Below are positions 46,957 through 56,765 of a DNA stretch of 63,366 nucleotides, piece after piece (positions within the stretch are counted from its first letter, which is position 1; every line of letters starts with the position of its first letter). The stretch is from a virus (lineage: Duplodnaviria > Caudoviricetes), in the IMG/VR virus record IMGVR_UViG_3300042894_005834, positions 1 to 63,366 of that record, one strand, 5' to 3'. Under the pieces are notes generated by a model, which was given only the letters and a program-made list of their open reading frames with translations, did no database searches and was not told where the DNA came from. The position numbers and the translations under genes are program-made.

Positions 46957-48967
46957 CTTTCTTCTCCAATTCAGTAATTAAGTCTTTAAATCTTTTATCG
47001 TTTTCTAAAATAAGCTTTTCTTCTTGTTTATTATATATAGACGATTGTTGCGCAATACTTTCTTCAAAAGGAACCTTTACCAGACTCTTTAAATCAGAAT
47101 AGCCTTTAAAGATATTTCTAGTTGTGTTCGAAGCTAAGTTGGTATTACCCATAGAATTCATATGTTGCTTACGACCGGTTCTTTTATCGTATTGCTCTGG
47201 TTTATACTCTTTGCCTTTTGAAGCTGTTGTGGTGGTTGTGCCGTCATTTGCTTCAAACTTAACAGTTTTAATCTGTGAATCATCGCGTCTTGCTGGCGGT
47301 GTAACCAATAGTGGTCCACCTGCCCCTTCAGAACCTCCTGTATCGCCTTCTGGTGGTGTTTCGCCAGTTTCTGCACCAGTTTCAAGACCAGCTTCTTCTT
47401 CGCCTTCTGGTGGCGTTTCATCTGTCGTTTCTCCACCTTCATCTGGTGCAAAATCAGCTAAACTTTCTCCACCACCAGCAGCACCACTGGAACCACCGGT
47501 ATCTTCAACATTTTCAGCTTCTCTGTCTAACATTGTTGCAACTTTGCGATCATAAAACAGCTCACGCTGATTTCGTAGGAAGTCTTCTTCACTCATTCCG
47601 AATAGATTCTTGGACAACCATCGTTTACTGAAGAAATTCTCAGTGGCTGCACCAGCAACATCAAATTTGGTTTTCCAATGTTCCAACTCTTGCAATTCGG
47701 CAATCTTGGATGGATTGTTAAGTGTGATTTTATGACCCAAAAGATCATCGCCACGATAACCAAGAACATAAAGATGGATAATACCGATCTTTTCTAACTC
47801 TGTTACAACAGAGCGTTGTAGTCTTTGGATTGTTCTTGCGAATCTTACATCTTTTTGAGAAAGTGTCGTCTTATCTTCTTCACCACCTTCACCTCTTGCC
47901 AAGTATGATTGTGGGACTTTTAATGCTGAGAACAATTTATCTCTGAGATATTTAACATCTTCAATGTCGCCAGTATATGTGCCACCAGGTAAACTCTCAA
48001 TCTTTGTATTAGAAGTAGAGCCGCGAACCGGCAAGAAGTAATCTTCTTCTATACTCATTGGATTATAACGTAGATCTACACGTCCTGTTTTGTCGTCAAT
48101 CACCTGATTTCGTTTCATAGTGGTAACGATCTTTTGCATGTATTGTTCTACATCACTTGGGTCTATATTACCGACGTCAATATAAAACACCCGCCGTTCT
48201 GGTGAACGCACAATACGATATGCCATCATTGCATCTTCGATTAGAGTTAGTTGTCGCCAGATTCGACGAGCAGGTTCTAAAACAGAAGTTCCATATGGCG
48301 CATATCTGTCATTACCTAGAATACGAAAATGTGCTACTTGCCAATTCTCAAATGTCATACCACCGGTATTCCATTGATATTGGACATAATTTGGATTGGT
48401 TGGATCTTCACCTTCCATTCTTTCAACTTCGTGTGAAGGAAGTCCTACCACATTTTTAATGCCAAGTTCTTCATCGATATCCATATAAAGAAAGAAGTCG
48501 CCATATTTACACATGTTACGACACCAACCAAACAAGTTGAATTCAACATTTAAAATATTGTGATAAAGATTGTTTAAAATATTTTTAATTTCTTCATTAT
48601 CGCAGTCAATTCGTAACATCTTTTGGAGCTGGCTCCAAGTTGTCATTTCATCAGCATAAATGTCCATTGCAGAGGCTATTTCTGGTGTGAATTCCATCTG
48701 ATCAAATTCTGCATAGCGTTCACCACGATTATGATTCTTCATCATACTTGAGTGAATGTGCTCAAATGGATTGTAATCGGATTTCTGGAATTCTTTACCA
48801 GAAGCAGATTGGAAACTGTATTTGTCTAAGTCTTTTCTTTTTTCTTGTCTATAGAATTGAGAACGCTTGTTAACAATTGGTCCAGAAAGCAATTTAGTGA
48901 GTCTCTTGAATAAAGTCGACTCAGAGTTTTTACTATTGTTTCTAGATTTTGTATTATTATATGCCAT
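46928..48967 (-). CDS. portal protein (gp20-like)
   Basis: EDAMMAYRIVRSPERRVFYIDVGN, EDYFLP.R, IESLPGG, DVKYL..KLF.AL.VP. Confidence 0.95.
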   Translation of the reverse strand: MAYNNTKSRNNSKNSESTLFKRLTKLLSGPIVNKRSQFYRQEKRKDLDKYSFQSASGKEFQKSDYNPFEHIHSSMMKNHNRGERYAEFDQMEFTPEIASAMDIYADEMTTWSQLQKMLRIDCDNEEIKNILNNLYHNILNVEFNLFGWCRNMCKYGDFFLYMDIDEELGIKNVVGLPSHEVERMEGEDPTNPNYVQYQWNTGGMTFENWQVAHFRILGNDRYAPYGTSVLEPARRIWRQLTLIEDAMMAYRIVRSPERRVFYIDVGNIDPSDVEQYMQKIVTTMKRNQVIDDKTGRVDLRYNPMSIEEDYFLPVRGSTSNTKIESLPGGTYTGDIEDVKYLRDKLFSALKVPQSYLARGEGGEEDKTTLSQKDVRFARTIQRLQRSVVTELEKIGIIHLYVLGYRGDDLLGHKITLNNPSKIAELQELEHWKTKFDVAGAATENFFSKRWLSKNLFGMSEEDFLRNQRELFYDRKVATMLDREAENVEDTGGSSGAAGGGESLADFAPDEGGETTDETPPEGEEEAGLETGAETGETPPEGDTGGSEGAGGPLLVTPPARRDDSQIKTVKFEANDGTTTTTASKGKEYKPEQYDKRTGRKQHMNSMGNTNLASNTTRNIFKGYSDLKSLVKVPFEESIAQQSSIYNKQEEKLILENDKRFKDLITELEKKDASKKQNKA

Positions 48968-48972
48968 TTATT

Positions 48973-50565
48973 TTATCCTTTTATTAGCCACAAAAAGTCT
49001 CTATATTTTTGTTTTTCGTCTTCTGCAAATGGATCCAGTGTTTGATTCTTTTTATAATTATCTTGACCCGATATCAATGTGCTCATTCTGGAATTGGCCT
49101 TCATAATAGACCCTAATATGGCTTTTGTATAGGCTGATTCTCTTTTATTAGCAGACAAAGCAGTGTCACGAACCCAGCAACAGATCGCAAGAGACATAAC
49201 CAAATCATCGTGATATCCACGCATTGCTTCTGGTCGACCATTGTTCCACACAAATGTTTCAAACTCTTGAAATAGTCTTCCAGATTTAATATTAATTAAT
49301 TTATTTCTAACAAACTCTTCCATTTTTGCAATAATCAGTGGGCGTGTTTTTGAAGTTGTAGAAAAACCAGGAACAGTATTTGTTTGAAACTCAGCATTTT
49401 GTTGTTCAACGTATTCGTGTGTAGACTTAACTGAAAAATATAAAGATGGATATTCCATTTCTATTAGTTTTTCTAATACGTTATAGCCAACGTTGTTATT
49501 TTCAACAACCAGAAGACAATTAAGATATTCTCTGCCTACTGAATTTAACATTGACGAAAACATATCTAGAGTTGGTTTTCCCTGATACTCGGCTACTTGT
49601 TCCATTGTTTCTATTTTTATAACATGGAATACTGAGTTATCTCCACCATCACCTCTTGCTACGTCAGCAACAAGCATATAGGAAGAACCATTTTGTGGTT
49701 CCTCCCATATCCAATAATTTCTATCAAATCCTGTTCGATATTTTGGTTCAATTATGTTTTTCTTGATACCTTCCATGTTGTCTGGGTTTATTACTGTCTC
49801 ACCAGACATGTTAAAGCTGCACTCATACTCTTGTGCAATGTCACGTCGTGACATACTCTTTGTTTGTTCTTGGAACCATTCAGGAGTATTGTCCGGATGA
49901 ACGTGCCAAGGCAATGTAATTGGATGGAAATTATTTGATTGGTTTTCGGCGTCACTATAGGTCTTATAAAACCAATTACCAACACCATTTGGTGTGCTCA
50001 ATGCAATACAACGACCACCGGTTGATATTGTTGGGAAGATACCGGTCCATAAATCTTCCATATTTTCAACGTGGGCAGCTTCGTCGATGATTAAAAGAGA
50101 AAGTGCTTCAGAACGACCAGCGTCGCCTTTTGAAGTTGTGGATGCTTTTATAGTTGAACCATTTGATAATTCAAATGAAGTTTGATTATCAACAGTGATT
50201 TCAGCAATCCGAAGCCAGTCCGGGACGCTTTTCATCATCTTTTTTACTTTGACAGCTAAGTTGGCAGCTGTCTTAAACTTGGTTGCCAATACAAGAACTG
50301 CTTTTTCACGACGGAATAACATCAACCAAGTTGCATAACCTGCAACAATAGTTGAGATACCAAGCTGACGAGCTTTTAAAATGACATTAAAACGATGATC
50401 ATTGAAATCGCTTAGAAGAGCGTCTTGATAATCAAAAGTAGTAAAAGGTATTTGCCCCTTAAGAGGGTGAGTAATCTTTACATAATTCTTAAGGAAATAA
50501 ATTGGATCATTTCCGCATTTGCGAATTTCTTCTTTGACTGCTTCTTTTGTTAGTTTGTATGCCAT
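48973..50565 (-). CDS. terminase large subunit (gp17-like)
   Basis: KARQLGIST, LIIDEAAH, STPNG, QEYEC.F, ADVARG.G.D, HDDLVM. Confidence 0.95.
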   Translation of the reverse strand: MAYKLTKEAVKEEIRKCGNDPIYFLKNYVKITHPLKGQIPFTTFDYQDALLSDFNDHRFNVILKARQLGISTIVAGYATWLMLFRREKAVLVLATKFKTAANLAVKVKKMMKSVPDWLRIAEITVDNQTSFELSNGSTIKASTTSKGDAGRSEALSLLIIDEAAHVENMEDLWTGIFPTISTGGRCIALSTPNGVGNWFYKTYSDAENQSNNFHPITLPWHVHPDNTPEWFQEQTKSMSRRDIAQEYECSFNMSGETVINPDNMEGIKKNIIEPKYRTGFDRNYWIWEEPQNGSSYMLVADVARGDGGDNSVFHVIKIETMEQVAEYQGKPTLDMFSSMLNSVGREYLNCLLVVENNNVGYNVLEKLIEMEYPSLYFSVKSTHEYVEQQNAEFQTNTVPGFSTTSKTRPLIIAKMEEFVRNKLINIKSGRLFQEFETFVWNNGRPEAMRGYHDDLVMSLAICCWVRDTALSANKRESAYTKAILGSIMKANSRMSTLISGQDNYKKNQTLDPFAEDEKQKYRDFLWLIKG

Positions 50566-50570
50566 AAAAT

Positions 50571-50602
50571 AAAAAACCCAACCATTTTAAATAGTTGGGT
50601 TT
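50571..50602 (-). terminator. terminator hairpin containing a late-promoter motif
   Basis: AACCCAAC-tatttaaaatg-GTTGGGTT plus T tract; ACTATTTA at 50588-50595. Confidence 0.7.
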
Positions 50603-50621
50603 CTAGCTTAATTTTGGGAGT

Positions 50622-50726
50622 TTATTTCTTTATACCGTGTTTTTCTTTAACACTCATTACACAACTCTCATATTTATCTTTGTTTTCTCTGCCAACTTGT
50701 GTTGTGCAAATTGCCCAGGGATTCAC
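50622..50726 (-). CDS. 34-aa 'NPWAICT' peptide or frameshifted C-terminal domain of 50723..51133
   Basis: (V/M)NPWAICTTQVGRENKDKYESCVMSVKEKHGIKK*; GTGA overlap and an A9 run upstream. Confidence 0.6.
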   Translation of the reverse strand: MNPWAICTTQVGRENKDKYESCVMSVKEKHGIKK

Positions 50727-51133
50727 TTTAATTTTTTTTTACTCTTAAGAACTTCTTCAAGAGCTGATTGAATCATCTCTTCTAGATCTTCATCATCACT
50801 CAAATCGTCTTCTTGTTCTGGCGCCATTTCATCACTTTGTTCAGCCATTTGGCCTTCTAAGAAGTGTTTAACATCGCCCATCATAGCAGCACATTTTGTA
50901 ATCTTTGATTGAACCCAAGCTGGAAGTTGGTCATCGTCTCTTAACATCTCGCGAGTTTCTTGACCATATTTAGCTATTTTATATAGCTCACCTCTTGCCA
51001 TGCCACCTTCTTCGTCTGGCTCCCCAAACATATCTGGTGCAGCTGCTTCCATTTGTGGAGCTTGTGAAGCCATAGCTAAAGCTTCCATCTCTTCTTTGAT
51101 AATTTGCTTTAAGCGAGATTCAGTAATTTTCAT
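50723..51133 (-). CDS. hypothetical internal head protein
   Basis: MKITESRLKQIIKEE; EG.MA..EL...L..WVQSKIT. Confidence 0.7.
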   Translation of the reverse strand: MKITESRLKQIIKEEMEALAMASQAPQMEAAAPDMFGEPDEEGGMARGELYKIAKYGQETREMLRDDDQLPAWVQSKITKCAAMMGDVKHFLEGQMAEQSDEMAPEQEDDLSDDEDLEEMIQSALEEVLKSKKKLK

Positions 51134-51714
51134 TTTTTATCTTCCTCTTTTTCTTTTTTTCGTGAATCATTTTGAGGTTTTTTGACACCAGTATATTTGT
51201 CTTTACCAACAGCCAAGAACTTGTTGGTTTCTTTTTCTGTATCATCTCTTAAGCTATCTTTTTCTTCTCTTGGATCTTCTACTGAACTAATTTCGTAGTT
51301 ACATACACCCTTTAAGTTGGTGCGCACCATCGAAACTGCTTCGACTTCGTAAGTGACTTCGCCTTTCATTTTTAGATTCAATGTTGAGCCAGTTATATTC
51401 TTAAATTCTTTTTTAAGATAGACAACTATTTCCTTGATACGCTCTTCGATCTCTTCTTGCAACTTATTTTCCAAAGCTGCTAGTTTGTGTCTTGCCATCA
51501 TTTGTAAATGATATGTTACACAAAGCGTGTTAGAAGAACAAACCTTAACAGTAAAACCATCAATAGTTCGTAAAGTTCTTGGATCGATTAAATCCATTTC
51601 TCTTTCAAGACCAGCTTTGACTGGCTTACCATCTTTATCAGATGCACCGTCATAAGCGTTAGCTGCAGCTTGTTTGATGCCTCTGACCAATTCTTCAACA
51701 GATATAGATGCCAT
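51130..51714 (-). CDS. hypothetical protein
   Basis: 194 aa ORF in the operon. Confidence 0.7.
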   Translation of the reverse strand: MASISVEELVRGIKQAAANAYDGASDKDGKPVKAGLEREMDLIDPRTLRTIDGFTVKVCSSNTLCVTYHLQMMARHKLAALENKLQEEIEERIKEIVVYLKKEFKNITGSTLNLKMKGEVTYEVEAVSMVRTNLKGVCNYEISSVEDPREEKDSLRDDTEKETNKFLAVGKDKYTGVKKPQNDSRKKEKEEDKK

Positions 51715-51720
51715 ATAAAG

Positions 51721-51933
51721 TCACTCCTCGTCAGATTTTCTAGAATCTTTTGTATCTGATACTAGTTTTCGGATATCTTTTAATTGTTTAATGGCTTCTT
51801 GTGCTTTTTTGCGCACGCGAACACCAGCTGACACATTGCCTTTATCGAATTTTTCCGAATCACGCAATGAAAGTTGTAAATCAGCTATTAATTTAGTTAT
51901 TGCTTCACTTACTTTTTGTAGGTCGCCATCCAT
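51721..51933 (-). CDS. Hc1-like (histone H1-like) small basic helical protein
   Basis: DSEKFDKGNVSAGVRVRK motif. Confidence 0.7.
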   Translation of the reverse strand: MDGDLQKVSEAITKLIADLQLSLRDSEKFDKGNVSAGVRVRKKAQEAIKQLKDIRKLVSDTKDSRKSDEE

Positions 51934-52297
51934 TATTCCATCTCTCCTGTCTGTCTTCTACATATTGCACGTAACAAGTAGAACAACATTCAAATTTTAA
52001 CAGATACATCTCATCTTCGGTAGTAAGTAAATACTTATCACAAATATGACATTTTTTACTGTTCTTCTTGTTAACTAGTTTTTTTGAAATTAAAAAACCA
52101 TCTTTTTCTATTTTATCTTCGTTTTCTTCATTATTAAAGACCTTTTGTGCATTTTCTTTAATTTGTTCTTGGTAAGTTACTTCTTTTTCTGGTGTCCAAT
52201 ATTGTCTTGGATTTGCTATAGCTTCTTCACCATATTGCTTTTTTATTGCTTGTTCTAGCTTACCAATATACTCAATGTTCTTTTTTGGTTGACTCAC
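51905..52297 (-). CDS. hypothetical zinc-finger protein
   Basis: CHIC...CCSTCYVQYVE.R.ERW. Confidence 0.7.
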   Translation of the reverse strand: MSQPKKNIEYIGKLEQAIKKQYGEEAIANPRQYWTPEKEVTYQEQIKENAQKVFNNEENEDKIEKDGFLISKKLVNKKNSKKCHICDKYLLTTEDEMYLLKFECCSTCYVQYVEDRQERWNNGWRPTKSK

Positions 52298-53325
52298 TTT
52301 TTCTCCGCAAAAGGATTTAAATCCTCTGTTAAATATAAAATCGCATCTATTGTTAAAACCGGACTGTCTAATTTATCAAATGGAAAGTTTATGGCTGTGC
52401 CAAGTGCGAAATTTGTTTTTAGAATCGGTGGTATAAAATGATAATCCAAACCAACACCAATGCGTGATTTCTGCAAGCTACCATTAAATGGATCGCTAAG
52501 ATCTGCAGATAGCTTTGTATAAACACCGACATTAACATACTGTAACAGTTTTCCCAAGTTCAATACTTCAACACCAACACCGGGCATTAATGCTACATCA
52601 AAAGTTGCAACTGGTCTAAATGTAAAGATATCTACAAACGATTTAGCTGTTTCTTCTTTTTCGTTAACATAAACAAAATCACTTGACACCAATTTGATAT
52701 TAGAATCTGTAACTTGTTTATTATTGTTGCCCCACACTTCTTTTAGTTCAACTTTTCTGGCTCTAATATTGCCGGTCTTATCTGCAAATATCTCGCCTGT
52801 TACTTTTATATTTTGCTCATAAGTAAAAGTTTCGTTATTATTCTGGAATATGTCTGGGTCTTTTAGCTTAAATCTTTTAAGATTATCTTGCCATTCATAT
52901 GATATTACAGTAGCTTCTGTGCTGCCTTCATTACACTTGCCAGATACAACTGTGGTGCCGCCAGTCGAGATTCCTTTTAATTTGGCGATGGTATCATCGC
53001 GACTTTTTATATCAAGACCATATTTTTTTCTCATCTTTTCAAATTCTTGATCTTTTTTGTCTAAAGAACGCTTATATTGTTCATTTAGAAGCTGTTGAGT
53101 GATTAGTTGAGAGTCTGCTAGTCCAATATCCTCATTTAGATTGAGTATATCTATTTGATGATTGTTCATCATACTTTCAAACTTTTGACTTAATGTTCGG
53201 TTATATTGTCTTTGTTTAAGAGTATCGTTTATTGCATATGCTAAAAACACAACCAGCAGCAACATTATTACAGCCCAAAGTATTTTAAATAATAAAACTT
53301 TTTTTTGTTTATCTTGATATCTCAT
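52294..53325 (-). CDS. membrane-anchored coiled-coil protein (spanin candidate)
   Basis: N-terminal TM helix, coiled coil, beta-rich C-terminus; coupled to a holin-like gene. Confidence 0.55.
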   Translation of the reverse strand: MRYQDKQKKVLLFKILWAVIMLLLVVFLAYAINDTLKQRQYNRTLSQKFESMMNNHQIDILNLNEDIGLADSQLITQQLLNEQYKRSLDKKDQEFEKMRKKYGLDIKSRDDTIAKLKGISTGGTTVVSGKCNEGSTEATVISYEWQDNLKRFKLKDPDIFQNNNETFTYEQNIKVTGEIFADKTGNIRARKVELKEVWGNNNKQVTDSNIKLVSSDFVYVNEKEETAKSFVDIFTFRPVATFDVALMPGVGVEVLNLGKLLQYVNVGVYTKLSADLSDPFNGSLQKSRIGVGLDYHFIPPILKTNFALGTAINFPFDKLDSPVLTIDAILYLTEDLNPFAEKK

Positions 53326-53576
53326 TGTTGTGTTCCATTCTTGGCTCTAACATAATTCAAAATGAAATCCATTGCAGCTTGAGAACCTATATAAACCATA
53401 CTAATCTGTATCCATTCTTCACCAGTGATATAATCCATTGGAACTCCAGCAGTTGCAACAAGCCATACCAACAGTTTTCTGCTAATTAATTTATTTAAAC
53501 CTCTGTCTAAAAAAGCATTTTTTATCTTTTGTTTTGTTTCGTGAGTCATACTAAAACCTCTAAAGAATGTAATCAT
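53322..53576 (-). CDS. holin-like membrane protein
   Basis: SRKLLVW...W..I..VYIG.Q two-TM pattern. Confidence 0.55.
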   Translation of the reverse strand: MITFFRGFSMTHETKQKIKNAFLDRGLNKLISRKLLVWLVATAGVPMDYITGEEWIQISMVYIGSQAAMDFILNYVRAKNGTQQ

Positions 53577-56500
53577 ATTTTTACGTATGCAAACCCTTCT
53601 TTATTGTCAATGACGATTTGATTGTCAGCGATATCTTTGAGTTCTGGCAAATGGGAAATTAGTATTACTAGATCAAATTCTGCCTTTAACATTTCCAAGA
53701 TTCGAATGAATCCTTCCATACTTTCTTCATCCAAAGCTGTCGCTGGCTCGTCTAATATACATAGATTACATTTCGGCATATTGCTTACTTTAATAAGAGC
53801 CAAACGAATAGCTATAGCCGCCATACTTTTCTCTGCTCCAGAACCAAGTTCAATTGGTCTTGGATCGTATTTTGGATGACGAATATAAATGTCTAGTTTT
53901 TTTCCATCATCTTCGAAAAAGATTTCAAAATTAACAATATTAGTAAGAATTTTTGCTATCTCTTGGTTAATGATAGGAAGTTTTTTCTTAATAATATCGT
54001 AAACAATACCATTACTATGCATTGACTTGAGGAACAAATCATAAGCAAGAAATTCATCACGCAAATTTGCCAGTTCCACCTTCTCGCATTCTAGGGTTTG
54101 TTTTTTATTCACCAAAGAACCGTGTTCGCGATATAGATTTTTGCTATCATTATCGCAAGCTTCTAGAGTTATTTGTGCTAGGATTACTTTCTCATTTGCA
54201 ACTTTTTGTTCTGCTTTAATTTCAAGCAACTGATTCATCCAAGCTTCGTTATCGTGATAAGTTTTTTCTAGTATTTGTAGATCTGCTAGTTGTTGATTAC
54301 AAGAATTGATCTCGTTCTTATTTTTTTCAATTTTAAGATTGAAGTCAGAGATCTCCTTATCGACAATATGCAGATTTGTCTTTAGCTGCTCAAGTTTGTT
54401 TATATGCTTTTGAGTTTCGTCAAGCTTAATCTTTTCTTCAACTTCCTTCAACAAGGCTTCGCTATCTAAAAGTTTTTGCTGTGTTTCTGGAATTAAATCT
54501 CGTTCTTTAGCAGCATCAACTAGAAATTTGCAGGATAGGAAAGTATCTCCACAAGGAACATTATCCAAGATGGCAATTTTCTTTTGTTGCTCTTTCTTTT
54601 GTTTCTGCAGCATTTGCACAGCAGATTCAAGCAGCATAGCTTTTTTATTAAGCTCTTCTAAGGCTTTCTTGTTGTTGCTTAGGTTTTCAAAATCATATTT
54701 TTCAATTGATTCTTTAAGTTGCCCAAGCACTTCTTGATGCTTCTCAACATCCTTTAAGAAGGTATTATTCTTGTTTATTAACTGCTCGATATTTGCATTT
54801 TTTACTTTAATACTATCAACAACTTTTTCGAGGTCGATAAATTCTTGCTTTGGACCACAAGCAACCTTTGATTTTAACTCTGAAAGTTGTAATTGTAGAT
54901 TACCTAGAATTTCTTTGAGAGAAGCACATTTAACTTTATTTCTTTCGGTTTGAATCTCGTTATCAATAATATCTGTTAAGGCTTTAGAGATCTCGGCATC
55001 AAAATCCTTACCTTCAAGGCGTTTGATCGCACCTTTCAAGAGAGAGGTTTCATCTTTAGCTAGTTTGAATTTCTTATCGAAATGTTCTAGGTCAAGAAAC
55101 TTACCAAGGATTTCTTTTCTTTTGGTAGAACCTTCATTAATAAAAGCCAACGAACCAACCTGACTAGTCATAGAAGTTAAAAGAAAATCATCTATGGAGC
55201 CGAAAATACGACGGATATTTGCGTCCGTCTCGTTGCGGTCTAAGCCATTTAAGCTTTCTTTAATATTTGTGACATTATCTACCACAGAAAAATCCAAAAC
55301 AGTCTTGGCTTCAACTGTTTCTTCACCATAAAGCTTTTTATTATACTTTGTAGCTTGGCGTTCTATTGTATATATCTTGTTGTCTATTTCAATCTCTGCT
55401 TTACCAATAGCTTCTAAACGATTTTGGTTAATAATATCGACATTTTTTCTTACATTCTTTGAGATTGAATTAAAGACTGTCCAAAGAGCAGAATCAATAA
55501 TAGATGATTTGCCAGAGTAATTCTTACCAAATATTCCAAGAATACCTTTGACTTTTGTAAAATCAATAGAATTGTCTAAGCCATAGTTAAAAAGGTTGTT
55601 CCATTCGACTTTTCGAAATTTCCAATTAACATTTCTAGCAATATCGTCTGTTTGTTCTGCTACTGCATTATATTTTTTATTGAATTCAAATATTTTAGTC
55701 AGCACAGCATCGCTAGGCTTATAATCTTTTAGATATTCTATAATGAACTTTTCTTGCACAGCTAAGTCACGAAGATTTTCGTGTTCATTTTCTTTTGCAA
55801 AGTCTTCAACACTAACTCGTTTTCCAGGTTTATTTTGAATTGTTACAGAATCCGGTTTAAAACGGGTTTTGGCAATGTCAACAGCTTTCTTAAGCACTTG
55901 CACGGAAACATAGCTATTGGACACCAGACGAAGCTTGGCGCGTTCTGGGATGGTTAGTTCTGCTGGTATATCACCTTCTTCCGTAAGCTCTATGGTTATA
56001 AAAGGAGAAGGATGAGAAATTGAGATATGTTTGACTGAAAAATCTTCCTTATCTTTAATATCCCAGATAAGAAAACCTTTATCGTTTGTCTCACCAAAAT
56101 TTTGCTGGATTGTTGAGCCGCAATACCTGGCACGACCTTCTTTATCTAAAGATTGGTTTGTTTTATGAATATCGCCAGCCAAGACATAATCAAAGCCTTC
56201 AAAAATTGAAATGTCGTGATCACCGTGTTCCATCACATAACCAGCATCTGTTTCGACACCAGATACAGAACCGTGATATAAAGCTATATTAACTTTTGAA
56301 GTATCACTAATCTTCTGCCAATTCTGGCAATCATTGATAACAAGTGCATTAAGAACGATATTGTTTCCAATATCGACTTCTTGGGCCTTTTTGATATAAT
56401 GTAGATTAGGATTTTTTAGGAAATCAACAACTGGCGTTATAGAATCAAGTCTGCTACCATTTTTAAGGTTTAGATCGTGGTTTCCTGCTATTAGATATGT

Positions 56501-56716
56501 TGGTGCCAGATTAGCAAGATTATTAAGAAAATCTCCCGCTACCTGAATGGCTTCGGGAGTTAGATTTGTTTTGTTATGAAACAGATCGCCACAATGAATA
56601 ATAGCATCTGGCTTTTCTTCTTTTATTGTTTGATAGATTTTATCAAAGATTTTAAGATAATGATTGTGGTCGCGCAGTAATTTTATGTGTGTATCAGAAA
56701 TGTGAATTAATTTCAT
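53573..56716 (-). CDS. SbcD-SbcC (Mre11-Rad50, gp47-gp46) fusion nuclease/ATPase
   Basis: SDTH/GDLFH/GNHD/GDIHK nuclease motifs, then GKNYSGKSS Walker A, coiled coil, GSGAE signature, ILDEP Walker B, ISH. Confidence 0.92.
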   Translation of the reverse strand: MKLIHISDTHIKLLRDHNHYLKIFDKIYQTIKEEKPDAIIHCGDLFHNKTNLTPEAIQVAGDFLNNLANLAPTYLIAGNHDLNLKNGSRLDSITPVVDFLKNPNLHYIKKAQEVDIGNNIVLNALVINDCQNWQKISDTSKVNIALYHGSVSGVETDAGYVMEHGDHDISIFEGFDYVLAGDIHKTNQSLDKEGRARYCGSTIQQNFGETNDKGFLIWDIKDKEDFSVKHISISHPSPFITIELTEEGDIPAELTIPERAKLRLVSNSYVSVQVLKKAVDIAKTRFKPDSVTIQNKPGKRVSVEDFAKENEHENLRDLAVQEKFIIEYLKDYKPSDAVLTKIFEFNKKYNAVAEQTDDIARNVNWKFRKVEWNNLFNYGLDNSIDFTKVKGILGIFGKNYSGKSSIIDSALWTVFNSISKNVRKNVDIINQNRLEAIGKAEIEIDNKIYTIERQATKYNKKLYGEETVEAKTVLDFSVVDNVTNIKESLNGLDRNETDANIRRIFGSIDDFLLTSMTSQVGSLAFINEGSTKRKEILGKFLDLEHFDKKFKLAKDETSLLKGAIKRLEGKDFDAEISKALTDIIDNEIQTERNKVKCASLKEILGNLQLQLSELKSKVACGPKQEFIDLEKVVDSIKVKNANIEQLINKNNTFLKDVEKHQEVLGQLKESIEKYDFENLSNNKKALEELNKKAMLLESAVQMLQKQKKEQQKKIAILDNVPCGDTFLSCKFLVDAAKERDLIPETQQKLLDSEALLKEVEEKIKLDETQKHINKLEQLKTNLHIVDKEISDFNLKIEKNKNEINSCNQQLADLQILEKTYHDNEAWMNQLLEIKAEQKVANEKVILAQITLEACDNDSKNLYREHGSLVNKKQTLECEKVELANLRDEFLAYDLFLKSMHSNGIVYDIIKKKLPIINQEIAKILTNIVNFEIFFEDDGKKLDIYIRHPKYDPRPIELGSGAEKSMAAIAIRLALIKVSNMPKCNLCILDEPATALDEESMEGFIRILEMLKAEFDLVILISHLPELKDIADNQIVIDNKEGFAYVKI

Positions 56717-56765
56717 ATTTATTCCTTCTTTTAAACTTTCTTTTATAAGACGGGCAGTTCAACTA

